DNA of 64,000 nucleotides from Polyangiales bacterium (GCA_964202905.1 CAXNJO010000002.1:640001-704000), one strand, 5' to 3'; numbered from the stretch's first letter, positions 1 through 10,893 are shown. Made by a program: numbers and translations. Notes: a model not told the origin generated them from the sequence alone.

Positions 1-924
1 GGCATCCAGGGCCTCGCGATCGCGTCGAGCGCGTACCTCAACGCGCTCGAGTACGCGCGCGAGCGCAAGCAGGGCTCGTCGATCAAGAACTTCAAGGATC
101 CCTCGGCCCCGCGTGTGGCGATCCTCGAGCACGCGGACGTGCGCCGCATGCTCCTCGACATGAAGGCCCGCGTGGAGGGCATCCGCGCGCTCATCCTGAA
201 GCTCGCGATCCACCAGGACCGCGCCGAGTCGCTCCAGGGCAAGGACGACGCGGGCGCCGCGTACCACGCCTCGCAGATCGACCTCCTGACGCCGCTCGTG
301 AAGGCGTACAGCTCCGACCAGTCGTTCCGCGTCTGCGAGACGGCCATCCAGGTCTTCGGCGGCTCGGGCTACACGCGCGACTACCCGGTCGAGCAGTACG
401 CCCGCGACTCGAAGGTCTTCTCGATCTACGAGGGCACGAACCACATCCAGTCGCTCGACCTCGTCGCGCGCAAGCTCGGCCAGAACGGCGGCGCGGGCAC
501 GCAGGCCTTCCTCGGCGACATCGCGAAGTTCTGCGCGGCCCACAAGGACCACGCGGCGCTCGGCCCGGCGGTCGCCGACCTCTCGGCCGCACACGAGGCG
601 GTCGCGAGCACCGCGATGCAGTTCCTCATGTGGTTCCAGAGCGGGCAGATGCAGCGCGTGCCGCTCGTCGCCAACCGCTTCCTCGAGATGATGAGCGAGC
701 TCGCGATCGGCTGGCTCCTCCTCGAGGGCGCGTCCATCGCGTGCGAGAAGACGGAGACGCTCCCGGCCGGCCACCCCGACGTCGCGTTCTACGCCGGCAA
801 GAAGGCCGCCGCGATCTACTTCGCGCGCAACGTCCTGCCTGGCGTCGTGAACAACGCGCGCGTGATCGACGCCGGCGACACGAGCCCGATCGACATCCCC
901 AACGCCGCGTTCGCGTCGATCTGA
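1..924 (+). CDS. Acyl-CoA dehydrogenase, C-terminal part (5' end outside window)
   Basis: The frame is open from base 1. It contains ALEYARERKQG, LLTPLVKAYSSD, AIQVFGGSGY and IYEGTNHIQ motifs typical of ACADs. Confidence 0.92.
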   Translation, partial: GIQGLAIASSAYLNALEYARERKQGSSIKNFKDPSAPRVAILEHADVRRMLLDMKARVEGIRALILKLAIHQDRAESLQGKDDAGAAYHASQIDLLTPLVKAYSSDQSFRVCETAIQVFGGSGYTRDYPVEQYARDSKVFSIYEGTNHIQSLDLVARKLGQNGGAGTQAFLGDIAKFCAAHKDHAALGPAVADLSAAHEAVASTAMQFLMWFQSGQMQRVPLVANRFLEMMSELAIGWLLLEGASIACEKTETLPAGHPDVAFYAGKKAAAIYFARNVLPGVVNNARVIDAGDTSPIDIPNAAFASI

Positions 925-1135
925 GCGCAGCACCTCCCCCCGAGCGCGCGGCCCGACGTCACCGTCGGCGCCGCGCGTTTCGCGTTGGGGCGCGCTGCGT
1001 CGCATCGGGCGGCGCAGCCGCGACGGCGCGCGCTCCGCCTCGCCCGCGCGGCAGGGCCCGTCGCACGAGGCGGCGTGTCGCCGCGCCGCGATCGTGCTGG
1101 ACCCCGCGGCCGCGCTCCGGTACGCCTCGCGCACC

Positions 1136-2857
1136 ATGCGGCTCGAACGATTCCTCGACGATCTCGGCAGGCAGGCCCTCCACGACGCGCTCGGCGTCGA
1201 CGCGCCACCGGTCGTCCGCCCGACCTCCGACGCGAAGCACGGCGACTTCCAGCTCAACGGCGTGTTGCCGCTCGCCAAGCAACGCAAGCAGCCGCCGCGT
1301 GACCTCGCCGGGCCCGTCGCCGAGGCCCTCGCGCGGAGCGAGGCGGTGCTCGCCGCGGAGGTCGCGGGGCCGGGCTTCGTGAACCTCACGCTGCGCCCCG
1401 CGTGGCTCGCGGCGCGCCTCGACGAGGACCTGCGTGACCTCGCGCGCGACGGCGTGCCCGCGGTCGCGCAGGCGCAGCGCATCGTGGTCGACTACTCGAG
1501 CCCCAACATCGCCAAGCAGATGCACGTCGGGCACCTGCGCTCGACCATCCTCGGCGCGGCGATCGTCGCGCTCGCGCGCTACGTCGGGCACGACGTCCTC
1601 GGCGACAACCACCTCGGCGATTGGGGCACGCAGTTCGGCATGCTCATCGCGGGCATGCGCCACTTCGGCGACGAGGCCGCGCTCGCCGTCGACGCGATCA
1701 GCGAGCTCGAGCGCATCTACAAGCTCGCGACCGAGCGCGCGAAGTCGGACGAAGCCTTCGCCGACGAGGCGCGCGCCGAGCTCGCGAAATTGCAGGCGGG
1801 CGATCCGGTCAACCGCGCGCTCTGGGAGCGCTTCGTCGCCGCGACGCGCGTCGCGCTCGATCGCGTCTACGCGCGGCTCGGCGTGACGTTCGACGAGTGG
1901 CTCGGCGAGAGCGCGTACGACGCGATGCTGCCCGGCGTCGTCGACGACCTGCTCGCCCGCGGGCTCGCGCGCGAGGATGGCGGCGCGGTGTGCGTCTTCT
2001 TCGAGGACGTGCCGGAGCTCGCGAAGATCGAGACGCCGTTCATCGTGCGCAAGAAGGACGGCGCCTTCCTCTACGCGACGACCGACCTCGCGACGATCCT
2101 GCACCGGCGCGATCACTTCCACGCCGAGCGCAGCATCTACGTCGTCGACATGCGGCAGTCGTTGCACTTCAAACAATTGTTCGCGCTCGCGCGGAAGCTC
2201 GGCGTGTCGATGCGTCTCGAGCACGTCGGCTTCGGCACCGTGCTCGGCGAGGACGGCAAGCCGCTGAAGGCGCGCGAGGGCAAGGCCGTGACGCTCGCCT
2301 CGCTGCTCGACGAGGCCGAGTCGCGCGCGGCCGCGCGCATCCGCGAAGAGGGCCTCGACGTGCCCGAGGAGGAGCTCGCCGCGGTGGCGCGGGCCGTCGG
2401 CATCGGGGCCGTCAAGTACTCGGATCTACGACAGAATCGGCTGAGCGACTACCAGTTCGACTGGGACAAGATGATCTCGTTCAAGGGCAACGCGGGGCCG
2501 TACCTGCAGTACGCCTACGCGCGCATCGGCAGCCTCTTCCGCAAGGGCGCGATCGACCCGGCGGCGGCGAGCGGGCCGCTCGTGCTCGACGCGCCCGAAG
2601 AGCTCGCGCTCGCGCGGCAGCTCGCGCGCTTCGGCGACGTGGTGCACGACGCGGCGGAGAGCTGCGAGCCGCACCGCGTGTGCGATCACCTCTTCGCGAT
2701 CGCGCGGCTCTTCAGTGGCTTCTACGAGGCGTGCCCCGTGCTCCGCGCCGACGACGCGGCGACGCGGGCCTCGCGCGTCGCGCTCTGCTGGCTCACGCAG
2801 CGCCAGCTCGCGCGCGGTCTCGCGCTGCTCGGCCTCGCGACGATCGAACGGATGTAG
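1136..2857 (+). CDS. argS: Arginine--tRNA ligase
   Basis: Motifs VVDYSSPNIAKQMHVGHLRSTILG (HIGH-like), NHLGDWGTQFGMLI, RKKDGAFLYATTDLA and GNAGPYLQYAYARI; the C-terminus is ERM. Confidence 0.97.
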   Translation: MRLERFLDDLGRQALHDALGVDAPPVVRPTSDAKHGDFQLNGVLPLAKQRKQPPRDLAGPVAEALARSEAVLAAEVAGPGFVNLTLRPAWLAARLDEDLRDLARDGVPAVAQAQRIVVDYSSPNIAKQMHVGHLRSTILGAAIVALARYVGHDVLGDNHLGDWGTQFGMLIAGMRHFGDEAALAVDAISELERIYKLATERAKSDEAFADEARAELAKLQAGDPVNRALWERFVAATRVALDRVYARLGVTFDEWLGESAYDAMLPGVVDDLLARGLAREDGGAVCVFFEDVPELAKIETPFIVRKKDGAFLYATTDLATILHRRDHFHAERSIYVVDMRQSLHFKQLFALARKLGVSMRLEHVGFGTVLGEDGKPLKAREGKAVTLASLLDEAESRAAARIREEGLDVPEEELAAVARAVGIGAVKYSDLRQNRLSDYQFDWDKMISFKGNAGPYLQYAYARIGSLFRKGAIDPAAASGPLVLDAPEELALARQLARFGDVVHDAAESCEPHRVCDHLFAIARLFSGFYEACPVLRADDAATRASRVALCWLTQRQLARGLALLGLATIERM

Positions 2858-2946
2858 GGCGAACGGATGTAGGGCGAGCGCTCGTCGGCGCGCGACGGGC
2901 TCGCGCGGCGCACCGGTCGCGGCGAGATGACGTCGCGGCGCGCGGG

Positions 2947-3536
2947 TCAGGGCGCGCGCGGGGTCGTCTCGCTCTCGATGCGGTCCCCCGCGGGGGCGCC
3001 GGCGATCGCCGCCGCGGCGACCGCGGGGATCGGAAGCACGAGCTCGACGTTCTGGTTCTCCGGCGCGGTCGCGGAGGAAGCCGTCCACCGTCGCCGAGAG
3101 CACGAGGCCGGGCGAGCCGCCCGTCTCGTCGCTCGTGTCGAGCGCGATCACGCGAAGCCGGCCGGGAATGGCGTCGTACGCGCAGTTCGCGCCAAGCGCG
3201 GTGTCGGGCGTGCCCGTGTAGCCGTGCCCCGGCGGGCCGGGCTCCGCGCGTGTCGGCGAGGAGCGTCGCGACGAGCTGGTCGCGAGCGACGAGCGCACGC
3301 TCCGGACCGCAGGGGACGGCGCCGCGCGCGACGGGCGCGTGCCAGCGCTCGCAATCGCGGGTTCCGCTGCTCGCGCGCGTGCCGGTCGTCGCCGCACGCT
3401 TCGTGTCGGCGTCGGGGGCGGCCGCGTCAGGCGGCCCGGCATCAGGGGCCGGCGCGTCCTCGCCGCACGCGGGACCCAGCGCGACGCGGAGCACGGCAGC
3501 GGCGGACGCGGACACGAGCACGCGACGCAGGGCCAT
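2947..3536 (-). CDS. Putative lipoprotein/hypothetical protein, apparently split by frameshifts
   Basis: The N-terminus is hydrophobic with PAC followed by a PDAG/PDAA linker. Plausible coding sequence continues in other frames (GYTGTPDTALGANCAYDAIPG, then ...ENQNVELVLPIPAV...RAP-stop at 2947). Confidence 0.4.
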
Positions 3537-3652
3537 GCGGCGACGGTGTCGTGCGCTTGTCTCGCGCGTGACGACATTCGCCCGCCACGTCCGTGCGGCG
3601 CCGGTGCTATCCTGCGCGCTCCCGTTTGAAAGCCCGCCGCGGAAGGACGCTC

Positions 3653-4477
3653 ATGCCCCGGAAAGTCGCCCCCAAGACCGCGTCGAAAGCGCCCGGCAAG
3701 CAGCCGAGCCCCGACGACGCGCGCGCGACGGAGGCCCCGGTGCGCGCCGAGGTCGACACGCCCGCCAGCGCGGCACCCCTTGCCAGCGCCACCCCGGCCG
3801 ACAGCGCGGTCCAATCCGACAACACTGCACAGGCCGACGAAACGGCACAGGCCGGCGGCACGACACCGCCCGCGGCGCGGCCCACCTCCGGCGCGAGCGC
3901 CGTGGCCGAGGCGCTCGTGGCCGAGCCGCAGCCCACACAGATCGCGGCCCTCGGTGTGCAGCTCGTCGATGAGCGCGCGGCGACCTCGACGCAGGCGGCG
4001 CGCGTGCTCGAAGAGGTCCTCGCCCGCAAGCCCGAGCTGCTCGTGCCGCTGATCGATCGCTTCGTGGTCGGCGTCCTCGGGCAAAACGCGCGCGTCGTGC
4101 AGACGTGCGCGGCCGCGCTCCCCCCGATGGCCCGCCTCGCACCCGCACGCGTCGCGCGGCACCTGCAATCGCTGACCGACTCCTTCCTCGCGGCGACGCC
4201 CGCGGGGCGCGATGGGCTCGTGCGCACGTTCGCGGCGCTCTGCTCGGCCTCGGTCGCGTACCAGAAGCGCCTCGAGCCCGTGCTCGATCTCGCGCTCGGG
4301 CAGGCGGACGCACGCACGCTGGTCCGCTGGACGGAGATCGTGCTCCCCGCGCTGAAGGGCGAGCCGCATGCGCGCGCCCGCGCGGTGGTCGAAGGTCGCA
4401 TCGGCGAGCTGCCGCGCCCGGTCGCCCAAAAACTCGCTGATTTTCTCGGGATCAAGCTGCGTCGCCTCGCCACCTGA
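3653..4477 (+). CDS. Hypothetical protein with low-complexity N-terminus and helical (HEAT-like) C-terminal region
   Basis: GGAAGGA RBS precedes ATG 3653. Codon usage is coding-like and the sequence has amphipathic helical repeats. Confidence 0.7.
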   Translation: MPRKVAPKTASKAPGKQPSPDDARATEAPVRAEVDTPASAAPLASATPADSAVQSDNTAQADETAQAGGTTPPAARPTSGASAVAEALVAEPQPTQIAALGVQLVDERAATSTQAARVLEEVLARKPELLVPLIDRFVVGVLGQNARVVQTCAAALPPMARLAPARVARHLQSLTDSFLAATPAGRDGLVRTFAALCSASVAYQKRLEPVLDLALGQADARTLVRWTEIVLPALKGEPHARARAVVEGRIGELPRPVAQKLADFLGIKLRRLAT

Positions 4478-4539
4478 GCGCGCCGACCGCGCGCCGGGGC
4501 CCTCGCCTGCATCGCCGCGAGCGGTTACACCCGCGGGGC

Positions 4540-5718
4540 ATGCACGCGTCGCTTTCTTCCCCGCGTTCGTCGGCGCCACGTCTCCGCCACGCGGCGCACG
4601 GCGCACTCGCGGCGCTGCTCGCCCTCACCGTCGCGGGTTGCGGCGCCGGTGCGGGGCGCGCGCGCGGGGGGGCGCGAGAGCCGCTGCCCGAGGGCTGGCC
4701 CGACACGCTGCTCGTCGCCGACGGGCGCGGCCCCGCGCTTTTTCTCGGCCCAGCGGAGGGCGCGGCCGCGATCGGCTACGTGGCCGCCGGCGTGCGCGTC
4801 CGGCTCGCGGGGGCGATCACGGGGGCGCGCGTCCCCGTTCGCATCGACGGGCCCTTCGAGGTGCGCGCGTGGCTCGCCGTGTCGCGGCTCGCGGGCCGTG
4901 TGCAGCAGCGCGGACGGCTGCGCGGGGCGCCGCTCACGCTCGGCGTGAACGAGCTCGTCGGCGTGCGCGGCGCGGACGACGAGGGCCGCATGCGCCTCGA
5001 AGCGAGTCCGCGCTTCGGCCGGACGCCCGACCCGGAGATCGGCCCATTTTCCGGCACTTTTCCGCCCTCGGCCGTGGGGCCGGACCGGATCACGGAAGCG
5101 GACGCTGACGCGGGACGTCGCGCGGACGAGGCCTCGCCGGGCGCGACCGAGGCGCGGGGGGGCAGGCGCGCACGGCTCCCCGCGGGACGCGCCGTCGAGC
5201 TCTACGATCGCCCGCGCGGCCGCGTGGTGGCGACCCTCCCGCCGCTCGCGCGCGGCCTCGGGGTCGAGGTCGCACGGCGGCGCGGCGAGTGGTCGGCGGT
5301 GCGCGTCGGCACGGGGCCCCGGCTCGTCGGCTGGTTCCACGGCGCGCTCGAGGCGCCCGACCCGAACGACGTCCCTGCGGCGCCCGCCGCAGCGCCCGTG
5401 GCGGAACGGCGAACGGGCCTCCCCCGCGCGCTCGCGCACGACGCGACGCTCCCGCTCTGGCGCGTGCGGGCACGGACGCGCGTGCGCTTCGACGGCCGCG
5501 TCGTCGCGCGCCTCGCCGATCGCGGGTGGGCGCGCGAGCTGCGGCGCACGCCCGACGGGATGGTCGACGTCTTCCTCGCGGTCGACGACGACGTGGCGCT
5601 GCGCGGGCTCGTCCGGGCGCGCGATCTCGAGCCCGTCGAGCCGGGCGCGCTGCCCTCCGAGACGGAGTCCGGCGCGACGGCGCAGCCGCCCGCCGACGCA
5701 CCGCTCGGCACACGCTGA
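4540..5718 (+). CDS. Putative lipoprotein with SH3-like beta repeats
   Basis: Lipobox-like LTVAGC. The repeated pattern 'VELYDRPRGRVVATL...GEWSAVRV...LVGW' resembles bacterial SH3. Confidence 0.55.
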   Translation: MHASLSSPRSSAPRLRHAAHGALAALLALTVAGCGAGAGRARGGAREPLPEGWPDTLLVADGRGPALFLGPAEGAAAIGYVAAGVRVRLAGAITGARVPVRIDGPFEVRAWLAVSRLAGRVQQRGRLRGAPLTLGVNELVGVRGADDEGRMRLEASPRFGRTPDPEIGPFSGTFPPSAVGPDRITEADADAGRRADEASPGATEARGGRRARLPAGRAVELYDRPRGRVVATLPPLARGLGVEVARRRGEWSAVRVGTGPRLVGWFHGALEAPDPNDVPAAPAAAPVAERRTGLPRALAHDATLPLWRVRARTRVRFDGRVVARLADRGWARELRRTPDGMVDVFLAVDDDVALRGLVRARDLEPVEPGALPSETESGATAQPPADAPLGTR

Positions 5719-5791
5719 CGGCGCACGTCCCGCCCGCCCGGCGCGCTCCGCCGACCGACAGCGGAGACGTCGCCGTCACGGCGCCACGCGC

Positions 5792-7417
5792 TCAGCGGAA
5801 GAGCTCGGCCACCGGCACGACGCGGATGCGCTCGGCCGGGATGCCGATGCGGTACGGCACGATCTCGCGGTCTTCGGCGAGCACCGCCTCCGACGGCGGC
5901 GCCTGGTAGGTGATCGGCGAGGGCCGCTCGCTCGCGAGGGCCTCGCGCAACGCCGCGCCATCGCGCGTGACGACCGCGATCTCGAGGTGTGCGGGGTCGA
6001 GGTGCCGCGCGAGCGCGGCGTTCACGTCCGCGACGGTGAGCCGCGACCAGGCCGCCCGAATGCGTGCGAGCCACGCGTCCTCCTGCGCGTAGAAGCGGTC
6101 GTCGATCGCGAAGCCGAGGCGGCGCGAGTCGGTCTGCTCGTAGAGCCCGAGGTACTGCGACGCGAACTCGCGGATGCGCGCGAAGTCCTCGTCAGTGAGG
6201 CCGCGCGCGACGAGGTCGCGCAGCTCGCGCACGGCCATGCGGATCGCGAAGTGCGCCTTCTCGTGAGGCACCGGGCGCAGCCACATCGAGAAGTACTGCT
6301 GGCGTCGCGCGATGTTCGGGCGCGGGTACCGCGACCAGCCGTCCTGCGCGAAGTGCTCGACGTACGCGTAGTCGCCATAGTTGAGGCCGCGATCGCCGCG
6401 CATCTTCTGCATCAGGCGCCCAGCGAACTGGCGATGTTGGCCGAAGTACACGGACGCGAGCAGCAGCGCTGGGTAGTCGGGGTGCGCGCGCGTGACACCG
6501 AGCGGCATCCCCATCGACACGGCGGTCGAGGCCGCCTCGGGCTTCTCGACGATCCACACGCGCGCCTCGCGGGCCGCCGGCTCGGGCAACACCGTGCGTC
6601 CCTCGCACATCCCCTCGCCGATCGCCGCGAGACGCCCCGCGAATCCGCCGCCCGCGGTGGACGCCTGCGTGAACGGCGCACCTCCGAACCCGACCGTCGC
6701 GCGCGCCCCGCAGAAGACGCGCGCGCGTTGCGCGACGATGTCATCACGCGTGATGGCAGAGAGCCCGCGCTCGGTGCCGAGCTCCGGGTGCCCGTACGGG
6801 TGCGCCTCGTAGATCATCGCGGCGAGCGCTTCCTTGCCGAGCGCCTCGTCGTCGCTGCCGCGCAGGCCGACCGTGAGCGCGCTCTGCTGCTGCGCACGGA
6901 CGCGCGCGAGATCGGCGTCACGCAGCTGCGGGCGCGCGAGAACATCGAGCAGGAGCTCGAGGTAGCGCGCGGCGTGATCGCGGTGAACGCGCCCGACGAA
7001 GGCCGTCTGATCGCGATCGACCTGCACGTCGATCGCGGCCGCCATCGGGAAGAGCGCGGCCTCGCGCTCGGCGTAGCTGAGGTCGCCCGCTGCGCCCTCG
7101 GCCATCAGCTGCGCGGTGAGGCGCGTGAGCCCTTCGCGGCCCGGCGGATCGTCGGCGGAGCCCGCGTCGAACACGACGCGCACTTCCACGATCGGCGAGC
7201 CGGAGCGCATCTCCACCGCGCGCAGCCCCGGCAGCGCCTCGCGCTGCACCGGCGCCGACGCAGCCGACGCAGGCGCGACCGCGGGTGTCGCGACGACGCC
7301 CTGCGACGCGGCGCCACCGCATCCCGTCGCGGCGAAGAAGAGCGCGAGCGCGCAGGCCCCCGCGCCGCCCGCGCGCGACGACGAGCGCCGCGCGTCGACC
7401 ACTGAATGGCGGTTCAT
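5792..7417 (-). CDS. M16 family peptidase, non-catalytic partner subunit (lipoprotein)
   Basis: Motifs FDAGSADDPPGREGLTRLTAQLM, HPYGHPELGT, HPDYPALLLA and RLMQKMRGDRGLNYG. It lacks HXXEH and overlaps the upstream M16 gene. Confidence 0.88.
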   Translation of the reverse strand: MNRHSVVDARRSSSRAGGAGACALALFFAATGCGGAASQGVVATPAVAPASAASAPVQREALPGLRAVEMRSGSPIVEVRVVFDAGSADDPPGREGLTRLTAQLMAEGAAGDLSYAEREAALFPMAAAIDVQVDRDQTAFVGRVHRDHAARYLELLLDVLARPQLRDADLARVRAQQQSALTVGLRGSDDEALGKEALAAMIYEAHPYGHPELGTERGLSAITRDDIVAQRARVFCGARATVGFGGAPFTQASTAGGGFAGRLAAIGEGMCEGRTVLPEPAAREARVWIVEKPEAASTAVSMGMPLGVTRAHPDYPALLLASVYFGQHRQFAGRLMQKMRGDRGLNYGDYAYVEHFAQDGWSRYPRPNIARRQQYFSMWLRPVPHEKAHFAIRMAVRELRDLVARGLTDEDFARIREFASQYLGLYEQTDSRRLGFAIDDRFYAQEDAWLARIRAAWSRLTVADVNAALARHLDPAHLEIAVVTRDGAALREALASERPSPITYQAPPSEAVLAEDREIVPYRIGIPAERIRVVPVAELFR

Positions 7418-9018
7418 CGCGCACCTCCCACGGCAGCCCCGGCGGGTGCGGCCGCGCCCCGCGGTGTGAGGACCGCGACGAAGCGTCGCCCCTCGGTGAG
7501 ATAGCGGCCAGCGACCCGCGCGACGTCTTCGGGCGTCACGGCCGAGAGCGCCGCGAGGTAGTCGTCGAGGCGCGCGAGGTCGCCGCCGACCGCGATCGTG
7601 CTCGCGACGAGGTTGGCCACGTCGTCCGGCGTCTCGAGCTCGAGGATGCGTGCGTAGCGGAGGCGCGACTGCACGTCGCGGATGCGCTCGGCCGGGGTGC
7701 GCCCCGCGGCGATCCCGGCGAGCTCGGTCTGGATCGCGCCGACCAGCGCGCCGAGCGGGCTACCCGCGAGCGCGTCCCCCCCCGCCGCGACGGTCGCGGG
7801 CGCGCTCGTCTCGGGCGCGGTCGCGTCGATCACGAAGAGGCCGGGATCGCGGCTCCACGTGCTGCTCGGGTAGCTCTTCAGCTCGAGGAGTCGGCGCTCG
7901 TCGACGACCAGCCGCTGGTAGAGCGGCGACGAGGTGCTGAACGCGAGCGCGTGCACGATTTGCAACGCCGCCGCCTCACGCAGCGCCGCGGCGCGGCCCG
8001 CGACGTCGCGCGGCGCCGTGCCCGCGAGGCCGCCGTCGAACGCGGGGGTGCGGTAGCCGATCATCACACGCGGCGGGGAGGCACCGTCCCAGGGCACGGC
8101 CCGCGAGGCGCCCGCGCGCGGCTCGGGCTCGACCGGGATGCGCGGCTGATCGCGGCGCCCCCGCCATCCACCGTACTGCGCGGTGACGAGCGCGACGGCC
8201 TGGGCGTGATCGACGTCGCCCGCGACGACGATCGTCGAGGCGTCGGGCGTGTAGAAGCGACGAAAGAAGGCCTGCGAATACTCGAAATAGCCCGGCATCG
8301 CCTGCACGTCGCGGAGGTAACCGAGCGTGGTGTGTCCGTACGTGTGCCGCGTGAAGGCGAGCTCCATGAGCGTCTCTTCGAGCCGCAGATCCGGGCTCGA
8401 CGCGCTCTTGTTGTACTCGCCGAGCACGGCGCCCGTCTCGGTGCGGAACTGCGCCTCGTCGTAGCGCAGGTGCTGGAAGCGGTCGGCCTCGAGCTCGACG
8501 ACGCGCGCGAGCGCCGACGCGGGCGCGGTCACCGTGTAACAGGTGTAGTCGTTGGTCGTGTACGCGTTGTTGTCCGCGCCGAGCGACTGGATCGTGCGCT
8601 CGTAGACGTCCTCCGGGAAGCGCTCGGTCCCGCGGAACATCATGTGCTCGAACAGGTGCGCGAAACCCGAGTGACCGGGCTCGACCTCGTCGCGCGAGCC
8701 GACGCGCACGAGGGTGTAGTAGGCGAGGATCCCGGGCGTGTCGCGGCGCACGGTGACGACCGTGAGGCCGTTCGGCAGGCGCGTGATCGCGGGCGGTGCG
8801 GCGCCCCACACGGGGTGCGCGGGCTCGGGCTGCTCGTCCACGGCGCGCCCGCTCTGGGCGTGCGTGGGCGACGGCGCGAGGAGCAGCGGCGCGAGGAAGA
8901 GCGGCGCAGCGCAGAGTGGCGCAGCGAGCCGCGCGCAGACGCGGGACCACGCGCGCTGCGCGGCGCGTCGGCGGGCGTCTCGAGAAGAACACGCGGAAGG
9001 CATCGGGGTCGGGCGCAT
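7414..9018 (-). CDS. M16 family zinc metallopeptidase (pitrilysin-like); start codon uncertain
   Basis: LPNGLTVV, VGSRDEVEPGHSGFAHLFEHMMFRGT (HXXEH) and NAYTTNDYTCY. Confidence 0.93.
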   Translation of the reverse strand: MRPTPMPSACSSRDARRRAAQRAWSRVCARLAAPLCAAPLFLAPLLLAPSPTHAQSGRAVDEQPEPAHPVWGAAPPAITRLPNGLTVVTVRRDTPGILAYYTLVRVGSRDEVEPGHSGFAHLFEHMMFRGTERFPEDVYERTIQSLGADNNAYTTNDYTCYTVTAPASALARVVELEADRFQHLRYDEAQFRTETGAVLGEYNKSASSPDLRLEETLMELAFTRHTYGHTTLGYLRDVQAMPGYFEYSQAFFRRFYTPDASTIVVAGDVDHAQAVALVTAQYGGWRGRRDQPRIPVEPEPRAGASRAVPWDGASPPRVMIGYRTPAFDGGLAGTAPRDVAGRAAALREAAALQIVHALAFSTSSPLYQRLVVDERRLLELKSYPSSTWSRDPGLFVIDATAPETSAPATVAAGGDALAGSPLGALVGAIQTELAGIAAGRTPAERIRDVQSRLRYARILELETPDDVANLVASTIAVGGDLARLDDYLAALSAVTPEDVARVAGRYLTEGRRFVAVLTPRGAAAPAGAAVGGAR

Positions 9019-9065
9019 CGGCGCCGACCGTACCAGAGCCGCGGCCGCGGCGGCGCGCAGCGCGG

Positions 9066-10735
9066 CTAGAGCGCGAGCAGCGAGGGCGCGTAGTCGTCGG
9101 GCGCCTCGAAGCCGAGCAGCGCGAGCGTGGTCGCCGCGACGTTCGCGAGGCCGGGCGCGGGCACGTCGTCGCGCAGCGCGAGCCCGGGCACGCCGGGCGC
9201 GTAGACGTGCAGCGGCACGGCGTTCAGCGAGTGCGAGGTCTTCGGCTTCGGGCGGCCCTGCGCGTCGCGCTGCGGCGCGCCGGTCTTCTTCTCGAGCTCG
9301 AACATCTCGTCGGCGTTGCCGTGATCGGCCGTGACGACGAGCGCGCCGCCGAGCCGGGCGACGACGGGGAGCAGCCGCGAGAGCTGCAGGTCCACCGCCT
9401 CGACGGCGAGGATGGACGATTCGAGCACGCCCGTGTGTCCGACCATGTCGCCGTTGGCGATAGTTGATGCGCGCCCGCGCGAAAGCGACCGGTCGACGAG
9501 CGCGTCGATCGTCGCGTCGCAGACCTCGGCCGCCTTCATCCAGGGGCGCTCGCTCGAAGGGCCGCAGTGTCGCTCGGCACCTCGACGTACGTCTCGCGCG
9601 CGGGGTCGAACGCGCCCGAGCGGTTGCCGTTCCAGAAGTACGTGACGTGCCCGAATTTCTGCGTCTCGCTGCACGGCGAACTGGGGGACGCCGGCGTGCG
9701 CGAGGTACTCGCCCGAGGTCCGCGCGATGGCCGGCGGCGAGACGAGGAAATGCCGTGGCAGCCCGAGATCGCCGTCGTACTGCATCATCCCCGCGTAGGC
9801 GACGTCGGGGCGCGCGCCCCGATCGAAATGGGGGAAATCCGCGTCCTCGAAGGCGCGCGTGATCTCGATCGCGCGATCACCGCGGAAGTTGCAGAAGACC
9901 ACCGATGAACCGTCGCGGATCGGGCCGACGGGATGACCATCTTCCATGATGACGAAGCCGGAGAGGTTCTGGTCGCCGATGCCCGGGCTCTCGTCGCGCA
10001 GCGCAGCGACGGCCTCGCCGCGCGCTCGAGAAGCCCACGCCCGCGGCCCTCGCACGTGCGTCGCGCCAGCCGCGCTCGACCATCGCCCAGTCGGCGCCGT
10101 AGCGGTCCATCGTGAGGTGCATGCGGCCGCCGCCCGACGCGATCCGGTAGTCGCGGTCGCCGCGCGCGTTCTGTTCGGCGAGCACCGCCTCGAGCGCGTC
10201 GAGGTAGCGCGGCTCGCTGATCGCGGGCACGTCGCGCCCGTCGAGCAGCGCGTGCACGCGGACGCGGCGCACGCCCTCGGCGCTCGCGCGGCGGACCATC
10301 GCGTGCAGGTGCGCGTCGTGGCTGTGCACGTTGCCGTCCGAGAGGAGGCCGAGGAAGTGCAGCGGCTCGCCGCTCTGCCGCACGCGGTCGACGAGGCGAC
10401 GCCACGCGGGGCCCTCGAAGAGCGCGCCCGTCGCGATCGCCTCGGTTGACGAGCTTCGCGCCCTGATCGAAGATGCGCCCCGCGCCGAGCGCGTTGTGCC
10501 CGACCTCGCTGTTGCCCATGTCGTCGTCGCTCGGCAGGCCGACCGCCGTGCCATGCGCGCGCAGGCGCGCCGTCGGCGCGTGCGCGGCGAGGAAGTCGAG
10601 CGTCGGCTTGCGCGCGAGCCACACGGCGTCGCCGGCGTCGCGGCGCCCGAGGCCCACCCCATCCATCACGACGACGAGCACGGGCCCGGGCACGCCCGGA
10701 AAACGCGGATGACGACGCAGGGAGAGCGGGGACAT
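9066..10735 (-). CDS. gpmI: 2,3-bisphosphoglycerate-independent phosphoglycerate mutase, with several frameshifts
   Basis: Motifs are spread over three frames: [66 protein letters not shown] and KTSHSLN. Confidence 0.93.
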
Positions 10736-10893
10736 CCCGGCGTTCTAGCAGGGCGCCGAACACGCGCCGTGCCCGCATGCCTCACGCCCCGTGTGCCGTG
10801 CCCGTGACGAAGCTCACGGGGATCGCCCCGCGCGCCACGCCCCGAGCGAAGCGTCGCTTGTGACGCGCGCGTTGCGCGTAAGACACTGCACCG

